NCBI GenBank assembly: GCA_965215505.1
Contig: OZ244065.1
Coordinates: 960,001-1,024,000 of the forward strand
DNA: 64,000 bases
Reading direction: 5' to 3'
Source: Capsulimonadaceae bacterium
GTDB taxonomy: Bacteria; Armatimonadota; Armatimonadia; Armatimonadales; Capsulimonadaceae
Both the position numbers and the translations under genes were made by a program. The notes beneath the pieces are model-generated. The model saw only the letters and a program-made list of their open reading frames with translations. It searched no databases and was not told where the DNA came from. Numbering within the stretch: position 1 is the first letter of the stretch; every line of letters starts with the position of its first letter. Below are positions 19,091 to 28,344 of the stretch, in pieces.

Positions 19091-19275
19091 TGATCCTCTC
19101 CCCGGCGCAAGCGCCGACCCTCCCCTCGGAGGGAAGGGTGGGTGAAAGGTGCCAAGGCACCTCCTGTCATAGACCTTGCCGTGACTGGGTGGCCACCTAA
19201 TAAGACGACCCTACCTTCCGCCACCCACCCTTCCCTCCGAGGGAGGGGTCGCGACTTGTCGCGGGGGTAGGATCA
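19091..19275. repeat. Palindromic REP-like element between DUF1800 and DUF1501
   Basis: 19116-19144 approximately reverse-complements 19222-19250; ends TGATCCT/AGGATCA; resembles the 6138 element. Confidence 0.8.
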
Positions 19276-20736
19276 TCGCCACTGGAACGCGGGTGCCATC
19301 AGGACAACGGCAGCCCACTCACTCGGGTCTGAATAGGCGGGCGCACAGGCGCGCAGATCGGCCAGTGCAGGGTCGGACGCGCGGGCGCCGAAGGCCAGCT
19401 CCAGCAGCGTGTCCTGCGCGCCAAGTCCTGCCTTGCCGCCCGCCGCCGTGAGCGCCGCCGTGTCCAAAGCCGTGTTTTCCACCTTCCCTCCGGCCAGGGC
19501 CAGCGCGAAGTTCCAGCGCGGGATCAAAGCCCCCGTCCAGGCCCGCGTCCCTTCCGGGAAGCCGTCCGGCATCGGCCAGGCGAACAGCGGCTGCCCCATC
19601 GCCTCCAGGTGCTTCTGCACGCCCGCCCCGCCGTCCGTGTCCACGTTGAAGGCGCGCAGGGCGCTGACGGCGTAGTCGAAGGGCCGCTTCAGGATCGGCG
19701 GCGCACCGAGCAGTTCGGGCGATAGCAGCAAGGGCCGTAGGACGGCCTTGATGTCCCCGCCGGTCCGGGTGTAAACGTCCGCCAGGTGGCCGACCAGACC
19801 TTCCGGGGCGCTCCCGATGAAGTGCAGGCACAGCTTTCGCGCCAGATGCCGCGCCGTCGCGGGGTGGGCGGCGACGATGTCCAGGACGCGCTCGCCGTCG
19901 CTCACCCCGCCCCCGGCGGGGATGGTGACGCCCAGGACGTGCTTGACGCCGTCATCGTGGGCGTCTTTGTCGAGCCGGAACCGGCCCCGGTGCCAGTTCT
20001 TCTCGACGGTCCAGCCGGTGAGGCAGCGCGCGACCTCTTTCACGTCCCGCTGCGTGTAGCCGCCGTGGACGCCCAATGTGTGCAGCTCCATCAGCTCGCG
20101 GGCGTAGTTCTCATTCGGGACGCCCTTGCGGTTGGCCGTGTTGTCCAAATAGCCGAGCATGGCCGCCGAGCGGGCGGACGCTCCCAGCAGGTCCCGGAAC
20201 TTCCCCAGGACGTGTGCGCGGATCGTCTCGCCGTCGTCCACGACTTTGAAGTTCGGCCCCTGGCCCTTGAAAACATAGATGTTGAAATGGTTCGTCCAGA
20301 ACTCGACCATCCGCTCCTGCAACTGCTGGCGGCTGTAGACCGCCCGCAGGGTGGCCGACTGGCGCAGGGCGGCGACCAGCCGCTTGTCGTCCTCGTCGAA
20401 CAGCAGGCCCGTGTCGGGGTTCAGAACGTCCGCGATCGTGCCGAGCCGCCAGGTCAGCACCGGCTCTTCGGCCAGCGCGGCGGGCGCGAGCTGCTCCTCC
20501 ACATAGGCCGCCGCCCCGATGCGGGCGACGCGCGCCACGTCGCCGGGGCGCGGGCCGTAGGCCACCCGGTTCAGGAGGCGCATGGCCGGCGACTGCACCG
20601 GCAGGGCGGGCGGCAGGGCGTCGGCGGGCAGGGCTTCTTTAGTGAACCGCTGTTCCAGGCTCTCGCACCCGGACAGCAGACCGGCGGCGGCTGAGACAGC
20701 GCCTAGCCCTAGTATTTTACGGCGCGTCGTTCTCAT
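19273..20736 (-). CDS. DUF1800-family protein, Tat lipoprotein
   Basis: TRRKIL...LLSGC; LQERMVEFWTNHFN, YLDN, PNENYARELMELHTLG, YTQRDV, PDGF. Confidence 0.9.
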   Translation of the reverse strand: MRTTRRKILGLGAVSAAAGLLSGCESLEQRFTKEALPADALPPALPVQSPAMRLLNRVAYGPRPGDVARVARIGAAAYVEEQLAPAALAEEPVLTWRLGTIADVLNPDTGLLFDEDDKRLVAALRQSATLRAVYSRQQLQERMVEFWTNHFNIYVFKGQGPNFKVVDDGETIRAHVLGKFRDLLGASARSAAMLGYLDNTANRKGVPNENYARELMELHTLGVHGGYTQRDVKEVARCLTGWTVEKNWHRGRFRLDKDAHDDGVKHVLGVTIPAGGGVSDGERVLDIVAAHPATARHLARKLCLHFIGSAPEGLVGHLADVYTRTGGDIKAVLRPLLLSPELLGAPPILKRPFDYAVSALRAFNVDTDGGAGVQKHLEAMGQPLFAWPMPDGFPEGTRAWTGALIPRWNFALALAGGKVENTALDTAALTAAGGKAGLGAQDTLLELAFGARASDPALADLRACAPAYSDPSEWAAVVLMAPAFQWR

Positions 20737-21275
20737 GCCGCCGTCTCCAGTGTTTCCAGGGCGGGCGACGGCACGGGCCGCGCGGGCTGGACCTGCGGTT
20801 TAGCCCCGAACAGCACGGCGACGCCGCTGCCGACGGACAGCAGCAGGGCGGCGGGCAGGATGACGCCCCACCCGATGACCGGCAGGAAGCCCGCCGCGAC
20901 GTATAGCACCGAGGCGCGCGTCAGGCTGGCGAACGGCGTCATCGGCGAGCCGAGGGCGTCGATCCGCGCGCTGAGGAGCCGCACGGCGGCGGCGCTGCCG
21001 ACCGAAGCGATCACCCCCAGGCCGCCCAGGACGAGCAGCGCCAGCAGCCGCGCCGGGCCTGCCGCCGCTTTCGACAGGGCGATGGCAAGCACCGCGCCGA
21101 CCAGCAGAACCACAAACCCGCGCGCCAGGCAGGCGCCCGGCCCCGCCGTCAGCTTCGCCTGCGCCGCCGCCACCCGCGCTGGGAAGGCCAGCGCGATCAT
21201 CAAGATCGTCGCCGCCCACGACGCGCCGACGAGCAGGACGGCGGCGATCACCGCCAGTATGTCTCCAATGGTCAT
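20733..21275 (-). CDS. Membrane protein, likely paralog of 16158-16670
   Basis: About 5 hydrophobic helices, PVIGW motif; ATGA overlap with DUF1800. Confidence 0.75.
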   Translation of the reverse strand: MTIGDILAVIAAVLLVGASWAATILMIALAFPARVAAAQAKLTAGPGACLARGFVVLLVGAVLAIALSKAAAGPARLLALLVLGGLGVIASVGSAAAVRLLSARIDALGSPMTPFASLTRASVLYVAAGFLPVIGWGVILPAALLLSVGSGVAVLFGAKPQVQPARPVPSPALETLETAA

Positions 21276-21314
21276 TGCCTTGGTTCCCTCATTCCCCTGA
21301 GCATTCAGCAGTGT

Positions 21315-21340
21315 TACGCCGGTCACGCTGAAATGTTTCA
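21315..21340 (-). promoter_or_regulatory. ECF-type promoter TGAAAC-N16-CGTA
   Basis: Exact match to the SigW-type consensus, at the head of the operon containing the ECF gene. Confidence 0.8.
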
Positions 21341-21388
21341 GCCGGGGCTGACGGAACTTAACGCCGCCCTTTTCCGGTTACTAGGGTT

Positions 21389-21880
21389 ATGAACAACGCT
21401 TTCAAGATGCTGACAGCCCTGTGCCTCGCGGCACCCGCCCTGCTCCAACCCGCACACGCCCAGTTCGGCGGCCCGAAGGTGGCGACGGTGACTGCCGCCG
21501 CCAAGCCCGCGACGGTCGCGCCCGGCGGCCGGGGCGTCCTGGTGGTGACGGTGGCCGTCGGCCCGCAATACCACATTAACGCCCATGTGCCCAATGATCC
21601 CAACTACATCGCGACGGTGTTCGCGGGCGAGAAGACGCCCGGCATCGTCTACGGCACGCCGGTCTACCCCGCGCCCAAGGCCATGAAGCTGTCCTATGCG
21701 GCCAAGCCGCTGCTGGTCTACACCGGCAGGATCGTCGTCGCCGTCCCTTACACCGTGGCGAAGACCGCCAAACCCGGCAAGATGGGACTGGCCGGCGCGC
21801 TGTCCTTCCAGGGCTGTGACGCCAAATCCTGCTACCCTCCCGCCTCGGCCCAGGTGCGGGCGGCGGTGACGGTCAAGTGA
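21389..21880 (+). CDS. Stand-alone secreted DsbD N-terminal (Ig-like) domain protein
   Basis: Signal peptide; YHINAH, YP, VYTG, QGCDAKSCYPP. Confidence 0.85.
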   Translation: MNNAFKMLTALCLAAPALLQPAHAQFGGPKVATVTAAAKPATVAPGGRGVLVVTVAVGPQYHINAHVPNDPNYIATVFAGEKTPGIVYGTPVYPAPKAMKLSYAAKPLLVYTGRIVVAVPYTVAKTAKPGKMGLAGALSFQGCDAKSCYPPASAQVRAAVTVK

Positions 21881-21925
21881 GGACGGTCAAGTAGAGAGTG
21901 CCCAGGCGTGTGGTAAACTGAGGTC

Positions 21926-24900
21926 ATGGACACGCAACCCCTACAGTGGCGAATCGAGATGCTGGGCGGCCTGCGCGCCCGCAGCGCCGGTCGCGTGGTC
22001 GAGCGGTTCCAGACGCAGAAGACGGGGGCGCTGCTGGCGTTCCTCGCCTGCCATCCCGACCGCCGCCATTCGCGCGAGGAACTGGTAGACCTCCTGTGGC
22101 CCGACGCCGAGATCGGGCCGGGGCGCAACCGGCTGTCGCAGGCTGTCGGCTGGCTGCGGTCCCGGTTCGAGCCGGACGGGGCCGCACCCGGAAGCGTCCT
22201 CTTGGCCGACCGGCAGAGCGTGGGCCTGAGCCGGGAACTCGTCATGACCGACGTGGCCGAGTTCGAGGCGGCCCTGTCCGCCGCTGAGGGGGGCGGGGCG
22301 GCCGAGGTCCCGTCGCTCCAGCGCGCCCTCGCCCTTTATCGGGGCGAGCTTCTGCCGGGCCACTACGACGCCTGGGTCCTCGCCGAGCGCGCGCGCCTCC
22401 TCGGCCTGTACCTCTCCGGGCTGCGCCGCCTGGCCGCGCACCACGAGCATGAGCGGGACTGGGACGCGGCCCTCACCTGTGCGCGCCGGGCGGTGGCCGC
22501 CGACCCGCTGGCCGAAGAGCTGCACTGCGACCTGATACGGCTGCTGGCGGCGGGCGGGCAGCCCGGCGCCGCCCGCCGGCAGTTCCGCGAGCTGGAACGC
22601 CTCCTGGCCGAAGAGCTGGACGAACCCCCCTCCGCCGCGGCCCGCGCCCTCCGGGACCGGATTCAGCAGGACGGGCAGGTCCGGCAGGACTCGCCTTCGC
22701 CCCCCATGCCCGGCAAGGCCCCGCGCCCGCCCCTGCCGTCGCCCCTGACGCGCTTCTTCGGGCGGGACGCCGAGGTCGCCCGGACCATGGCGCTGGTGCA
22801 GACCGAGGGGGTGCGGCTGGTGACCCTGACCGGGACCGGCGGGGCGGGCAAGACGCGCCTCGCCATCGAGGCCGCGACGCGCCTCGCGGACTCCTACCGG
22901 GGATGCCTCTGGTTCGTTCCGCTGGCAGACCTCAGCGACGCCCGCCTCCTCCCGAACGCGCTGGCCGACGTCCTGCGCCTCCCCCAGACCGGCCCGGACC
23001 CCCTTCTGGAGACGGTCGCGGGCAGCCTCGCGCGCCGCCCGTCCCTGCTCGTCCTGGACAACTTCGAACACCTGCGGGACGGGGCCGCCCCCCTCCTGCG
23101 GGACCTGCTGGCGTGGGCGCCGACGCTGACGGTGCTGGTGACGTCCCGGCATCGCCTGGGCCTGGAGGGCGAGCAGGAGCTTTCGGTGCCGCCCCTGTCC
23201 CTCCCCCCCCGAAGCCCCCTGACGGGATCGGACCAGGCCGGCGCGGAGGCGGTGATGCGCGTGGACAGCGTGTGCCTGTTCGTGGACCGGGCGCGGGCGG
23301 TGCGCCCGGACTTCGCGGTCACGCCGGGCAACGCGGACGCCGTGGCCGACCTGTGCCGGCGGCTGGAGGGCCTGCCGCTGGCCCTGGAGCTGTGCGCGGC
23401 CTGGGCGCAGACGCTGACGCCCGCGCAGATGCTCTCCCAGCTCACGCACCGCTTCGACCTGCTGGTGAGCCGCCGGGCGGACATCGCCCCGCGCCACCGG
23501 AGCCTGCGGGCCGCTCTGGAATACAGTTACCTGCTGCTGCCCCCGAGCCTCCAGGAATTCTTCATCCAGGTTTCGGTCTTCCGGGGGGGCTGGACACTGG
23601 AGGCCGCCGAGGCCGTGTGCCTGGGCGGCACGCCCGGCGGTCAGGCATTGGCGGCCCTGACGAGCCTCACCGAGCTGCGCGAGCGCTCGCTCCTGATCGT
23701 GGAGGGCGGGGCGGAACCGGGGCAGGACTCCGGGATGCGTTACCGAATGCTGGAGGCACTGCGCGAGTTCGCCGCCGAGCAGCGGACGCTGGCGGAGGAG
23801 CCGGGACTCAGGCGGCATCACGCGGCCTACTTCCTCCGACTGGCGGAGGACGCCGGGGCGCACCTGAGCGGACCCCGGCAGGCCCTCTGGCTCGCCCGCC
23901 TGGAGGCCGAGCATGACAACCTGCGCGCGGCGCTGGGCTGGTCCGTGGAATCCCAGGACGCCGGGACGGGGCTGCGCCTGGCGGTCACGCTCTCTAAGTT
24001 CTGGGAGATGCGCGGGTACTTCCGGGAGGCGCGGCAGTGGCTGGAGCGGCTGCTCCCCCTCGCGCCCGAGCCGGGGCCGGGCGGGGCTGGACCGGGCGGG
24101 GCCGGGAATCGCCTTTGGGCGCAGACACTGACCGCCTACGCGAACGCCCTCGAGGGACTGACCGATTTCGCCGCCGCCGAGGCCCAGGCCGGGAAGGCGC
24201 TGGCGGTGTGGCGAAACCTGGGGGATGCGTCCGGCATGGCCTCCACCCTCGCACTGCTGGGATCGATCGCCATGATGCACGAGGATTACGGCCCGGCGGT
24301 CCGGCTCCTCCAGGAAGCGCGGGGCCTCGCGCGTGACGCCGGCGATGAGAGGATGGCCGCCGGCGCGGTCCACAATCTCGGCCGGATCGCCCTCGCGCGG
24401 CAGGACTGGTCCGAAGCCTCGGACGCCCTCGCGGAAAGTCTGGAGGCGCACCGCGCGCTCGGCGACCGGAACAAGGCCGCCGCCGCCCGGAACAACCTCG
24501 GCCTGGTGGCGCGCTACCGCGGCGACCTGGGGGCGGCCCGCGCCCTGCTCCATCAGGCGTTGGCGGAGCATCGGGAACTCGGCGACCGTCCGAGGACGGC
24601 GATCTCACTGCTCAACATCGGGACGGTGGAGCGCATCGCCCGGCGCGGCGATGAGGCGGCGTCCGCACTGACACAGGCGACCGCGCTGGCGCTGGAGATC
24701 GACGACCGGCGTGTCCAGACTTGGTGCGTCAAGGAAACCGGACACCTGATGTGCGCCGAGCGCCGCTGGGCGACCGGGGTACGCCTCCTGTCGGCCTCGG
24801 AGGGCCTGCGCCGGACGCTGGGAATGTCGTTCAGCCCTGCCGATCCGGGGGAACTATCCCGCGACGTGTCTTTAGCACGGTCCGCGCTCGGCGACACCGG

Positions 24901-25015
24901 GTTCGAAGCCGCCTGGCAGGCGGGATGCGGCTGGGACATCCGGCAGGCGTGCGCCCAGGCGACGCAGGCCGTCGAAGGCTCCGATCAGGCACCCTTCTCA
25001 GGGCATGGGATCTAG
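21926..25015 (+). CDS. AfsR/SARP-type regulator (wHTH-BTAD + P-loop ATPase + TPR)
   Basis: LLAFLA, TDVAEFE, LYRGELLPG, DPLAEE; GTGGAGKT, LLVLDNFEH, GLPLAL; TPR-like C-terminus. Confidence 0.92.
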   Translation: MDTQPLQWRIEMLGGLRARSAGRVVERFQTQKTGALLAFLACHPDRRHSREELVDLLWPDAEIGPGRNRLSQAVGWLRSRFEPDGAAPGSVLLADRQSVGLSRELVMTDVAEFEAALSAAEGGGAAEVPSLQRALALYRGELLPGHYDAWVLAERARLLGLYLSGLRRLAAHHEHERDWDAALTCARRAVAADPLAEELHCDLIRLLAAGGQPGAARRQFRELERLLAEELDEPPSAAARALRDRIQQDGQVRQDSPSPPMPGKAPRPPLPSPLTRFFGRDAEVARTMALVQTEGVRLVTLTGTGGAGKTRLAIEAATRLADSYRGCLWFVPLADLSDARLLPNALADVLRLPQTGPDPLLETVAGSLARRPSLLVLDNFEHLRDGAAPLLRDLLAWAPTLTVLVTSRHRLGLEGEQELSVPPLSLPPRSPLTGSDQAGAEAVMRVDSVCLFVDRARAVRPDFAVTPGNADAVADLCRRLEGLPLALELCAAWAQTLTPAQMLSQLTHRFDLLVSRRADIAPRHRSLRAALEYSYLLLPPSLQEFFIQVSVFRGGWTLEAAEAVCLGGTPGGQALAALTSLTELRERSLLIVEGGAEPGQDSGMRYRMLEALREFAAEQRTLAEEPGLRRHHAAYFLRLAEDAGAHLSGPRQALWLARLEAEHDNLRAALGWSVESQDAGTGLRLAVTLSKFWEMRGYFREARQWLERLLPLAPEPGPGGAGPGGAGNRLWAQTLTAYANALEGLTDFAAAEAQAGKALAVWRNLGDASGMASTLALLGSIAMMHEDYGPAVRLLQEARGLARDAGDERMAAGAVHNLGRIALARQDWSEASDALAESLEAHRALGDRNKAAAARNNLGLVARYRGDLGAARALLHQALAEHRELGDRPRTAISLLNIGTVERIARRGDEAASALTQATALALEIDDRRVQTWCVKETGHLMCAERRWATGVRLLSASEGLRRTLGMSFSPADPGELSRDVSLARSALGDTGFEAAWQAGCGWDIRQACAQATQAVEGSDQAPFSGHGI

Positions 25016-25177
25016 TGGACGACGAAAATACTCCGATGAACGCCTGAAGTTCAGGGTTTTTAAAGAGTTTTCCGGCGACGATTTGGGCGTTCTTTGGGAG
25101 TCACGGAGTAGAATGGGGCCATCACGCTAATTCGACCCCGTCGCCATTGCTGCCGACGACGTTTTTTCGCAAGGAGA

Positions 25178-26038
25178 ATGTTCATGTCACAGCACAGAGC
25201 GCGCGGCTCCCGCCAAGCCTTCACCCTGATCGAGCTGCTCGTCGTCATCGCCATCATCGCGATTCTCGCCGCCATTCTCTTCCCGGTTTTCGCCACCGTC
25301 CGGGAACGGGCGCGGCAGACCTCCTGCTCCAGTAACCTCAAGCAGATGGGCCTGGCGGCCCTGATGTATGTCCAGGATGCGGACGAGAACTACCCGCCCA
25401 CCTCCTACAGCACCCCCTCGGGCTACGCCTACTCCAACACGCACTACTGGTTCTTCGGCCTGATCTTGCAGAGCAGCGCGGCCGCCAAGCTGATCGCCGC
25501 CGAAGGGAGCCTCCAGCCCTACCTGAAGAGTAAAGGGGTGCAGACCTGCCCGGACGCGAACAACATCACCCCAAGCACCGGCGGCGCCCCCTTCACCATC
25601 GATCCCGGTGACGCCCCGCTCGGCTACGACTCGAACGCCCTGATCGGCGGCGGCCTGGTCCAATCGAATTCGCCGTATACGGTCTATGGCCCATTCCCGA
25701 ACATGGCCTCCTGGTCCGACCCTTCGGAAAGCGTCTTGATGGCGGACGCGGGCGGGACCTCGTCTTCTTTTAATGGAATCACCCCGCCGCGCAACCTGAC
25801 GACCGGCAAAGTCTACAAGTACCCGCAGATGGCGGGGCGACACCCCAACCTCTCCGCGAACGTCGTGTTCCAGGACGGACACGCCAAATCGATGCGGTTG
25901 AGCCAGACCGGCCTCGGCGCCTCCTATGTCGCCCAGAACCTCGGGCACCTCCTCGGCCCCAACGTCGGCGATGCGTCCCAGCCCGGCGCGAACTTCTACT
26001 TTGTCCCCGACAAGACCCCCGGCAACCCGGCGCTCTGA
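25178..26038 (+). CDS. Prepilin-type N-terminal cleavage / DUF1559-like protein
   Basis: [39 protein letters not shown]...[11 protein letters not shown]. Confidence 0.92.
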   Translation: MFMSQHRARGSRQAFTLIELLVVIAIIAILAAILFPVFATVRERARQTSCSSNLKQMGLAALMYVQDADENYPPTSYSTPSGYAYSNTHYWFFGLILQSSAAAKLIAAEGSLQPYLKSKGVQTCPDANNITPSTGGAPFTIDPGDAPLGYDSNALIGGGLVQSNSPYTVYGPFPNMASWSDPSESVLMADAGGTSSSFNGITPPRNLTTGKVYKYPQMAGRHPNLSANVVFQDGHAKSMRLSQTGLGASYVAQNLGHLLGPNVGDASQPGANFYFVPDKTPGNPAL

Positions 26039-26092
26039 GGGGAGACGCCGCTCACCATGGAAGACCATGTGAAACCCTTATGAAAGACTCCG

Positions 26093-26308
26093 ATGAAAGT
26101 CACCTACGATCTGAGCGGGGACAAACTGCGTATCCTGTTCCGCAATGCCCCGATCTCCGAGACGGAGAGCCACCGCTCGGGCCTGATCCTCGACTACGAC
26201 CAGCAGGGCCGGATCGTCGGCCTGGAGCTGGCGGACGCCTCCGAACACATGTCGCGCCCGCACACGATGGACTTCGCCGAACACCCGGCCGCGCCGGCCG
26301 AGGACTAG
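26093..26308 (+). CDS. DUF2283-family small protein
   Basis: MKVTYD...D-LRI-F...LILDYD--GRIVGLEL-DAS. Confidence 0.85.
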   Translation: MKVTYDLSGDKLRILFRNAPISETESHRSGLILDYDQQGRIVGLELADASEHMSRPHTMDFAEHPAAPAED

Positions 26309-26310
26309 AC

Positions 26311-27063
26311 ATGAAACGAACGACGGGCGAGCCCGGCATGAAGGCCATCGGCCTGATCGGCGGCATGAGCTGGGAAAGCACCGCCATCTACTACCAGCAG
26401 ATCAACCGCCTAGCGGCCTCCCGGCGGGGCGGCCTCCGTTCCGCCCCGATTCGCCTGCACTCGTTCGACTTCGCCGCCATCGTCACGCTTCAGCAGCAGG
26501 GCGAGTGGGAGATGCTCGCTTCCCATCTGGCCGAGGCCGCGCGCGGGCTGGAACGGGCCGGGGCCGGGTGCGTGGCGATCTGCACCAACACGATGCACAA
26601 GGTCGCCGCCGAGGTGCAGGCGGCGGTCGGCATCCCCCTGATAGACATCCGCGATGTGGTCGGCGCGGAGGCCCGCCGGCGCGGGATGCGCCGGGTCGGC
26701 CTGCTGGGGACGCGCTACACGATGGAGCAGGACTTCTTCCGCGCCCACCTGGGCCGGGAGTGGGGCCTGGAGGTCCTCGTCCCGCCGCCGCACGAGATAG
26801 ACTCCGTCCACTCGGTCATCTTCGGCGAGCTGTGCCGGGGGGTCGTCCGCGCCGAGAGCCGGGCGCACCTCACCGGCCTCATCGGGCAGATGGCGGCGGG
26901 CGGGGCCGAGGGCGTCATCCTGGGCTGTACGGAGCTGATGCTGCTCTTGTGCCAGGGCGACAGCCCCCTGCCCCTGCTCGACACGACGACGCTGCACGCG
27001 CAGGCGCTCGTAGACTTTGCGGACGGCGCGGCCTCGGGGCCGCTCGGAGCCTGTCCCGCTTGA
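26311..27063 (+). CDS. Aspartate/glutamate racemase family
   Basis: IGLIGGMSWEST, CTNTMH, GLLGTRYTM, ILGCTE; start 26311 or 26338. Confidence 0.92.
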   Translation: MKRTTGEPGMKAIGLIGGMSWESTAIYYQQINRLAASRRGGLRSAPIRLHSFDFAAIVTLQQQGEWEMLASHLAEAARGLERAGAGCVAICTNTMHKVAAEVQAAVGIPLIDIRDVVGAEARRRGMRRVGLLGTRYTMEQDFFRAHLGREWGLEVLVPPPHEIDSVHSVIFGELCRGVVRAESRAHLTGLIGQMAAGGAEGVILGCTELMLLLCQGDSPLPLLDTTTLHAQALVDFADGAASGPLGACPA

Positions 27064-27083
27064 CACACGAAAGGTCGAACACC

Positions 27084-28340
27084 ATGTCGGTTTTGAAAAT
27101 CCTGTCCGTCCCGGCGTTCGCCGCGCTGGCGGCACTCGGCACGGCCTCCGCCCCCACGGGCGCAGCCCCGGCCTCTCCCGCCTTGAATTCTCCTGCCTTG
27201 GACTCTCCCGCCTCAGACTCCCCTGCCTCGGCTTCTCCTCTGGTCACCGCCAGGACCATCCGCGTCCGGGAGCAGTTCCGGCTTTATGACACCAAATCCG
27301 CTCGGTTCACGCCCTTCTTCACCAACACCGTCCTGATCAGCCGCCCGAGCAAGGTGAAGGTCATCGTGGCCCAGGCGCAGCCGGGCAAGAATCCGCACCT
27401 CTATTTGGCGGACGGCAGGACGGAGCGGGAGTATAATGCACTGACTAACCAGTATAATACACTGACACCCCGACCGGACGGGGCCTCGCGCTCGCAGCTC
27501 CGCGACATGGCCGGCATCGACATGATCCTGAACGGCGGGCCGAAGGCACCGCCCGCGAACGTCCAGCGGGTCGTCTCCTCCGAGACTCTGGACGGGCGGG
27601 CGATGGTCGTGACGACCGACACCAAGGCCCCGACCACCAGCACGAGCGGGACCACCTATGTCCACTCGACGAAAACCTGGGTGGATGCCCGGACCCGGCT
27701 GCCGTACCGCCTGGAGTTCCTCTCGTCCAGCGACGGGAAGACGACCCCGGAGGAAGAGCTGGACTTCTCGGATTGGGTCCTGAACAAGCCGGTCCCCGCC
27801 GCCCAGCTCGCCTGGACGCCGCCCGCCGGGGCCGAGCCGTTCTCCGAGCCGGTCCTGTTGCCCATCGGGTCGCCCGCGCCGGACTTCGCCGCACTCGCGC
27901 CGGACGGCAGGACGGTTCACCTGTCGGACTACAAGGGAAAGACCGTCGTGCTGGACTTCTGGGCGACCTGGTGCGGCCCCTGCCAGCGCTCCATGCCGCA
28001 TCTGGAGAAGGTCTACCAGCAGGTCAAGGACAAGAACGTCGCCGTGCTGGGCGTCTGCGTCTGGGACGAGAAGGCCCCCTACGACAAGTGGGTGGCGCAG
28101 AACATCGGGACCAAGTACAACTTCCCCGTCGCCTTCGACCCCGCCGGGCGCGGCAAGGCCAGCATCGCGGGCGGGCTTTACAAAGTCACCGGCATCCCGA
28201 CGCAGTACGTCATAGACAAGGACGGCAGGGTCGCCGCCTCCACCGTCGGCTACGAGGACGGCGACAGCCGCCTGGAAGCCAACCTCAGCAAGCTGGGGGT
28301 GGACGTTCCGGTCCCGCCGAAGACGGCCTCAACGAAATGA
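27084..28340 (+). CDS. Secreted TlpA-like thiol-disulfide oxidoreductase with LolA-like N-terminal domain
   Basis: Signal peptide, SPA repeats, APDF, LSDYKGK-VVLDFWATWCGPC, GIPT. Confidence 0.88.
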   Translation: MSVLKILSVPAFAALAALGTASAPTGAAPASPALNSPALDSPASDSPASASPLVTARTIRVREQFRLYDTKSARFTPFFTNTVLISRPSKVKVIVAQAQPGKNPHLYLADGRTEREYNALTNQYNTLTPRPDGASRSQLRDMAGIDMILNGGPKAPPANVQRVVSSETLDGRAMVVTTDTKAPTTSTSGTTYVHSTKTWVDARTRLPYRLEFLSSSDGKTTPEEELDFSDWVLNKPVPAAQLAWTPPAGAEPFSEPVLLPIGSPAPDFAALAPDGRTVHLSDYKGKTVVLDFWATWCGPCQRSMPHLEKVYQQVKDKNVAVLGVCVWDEKAPYDKWVAQNIGTKYNFPVAFDPAGRGKASIAGGLYKVTGIPTQYVIDKDGRVAASTVGYEDGDSRLEANLSKLGVDVPVPPKTASTK

Positions 28341-28344
28341 GAAC

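Noticed and set aside
21353-21380. Second ECF-like promoter GGAAC...GTTA for the DsbD-alpha gene
   Set aside because: Spacing is longer than known GGAAC-GTT consensus promoters; too weak to call.
27172-27240. 15-bp repeats encoding SPALN/SPALD/SPASD/SPASA
   Set aside because: Ordinary low-complexity linker after a signal peptide.
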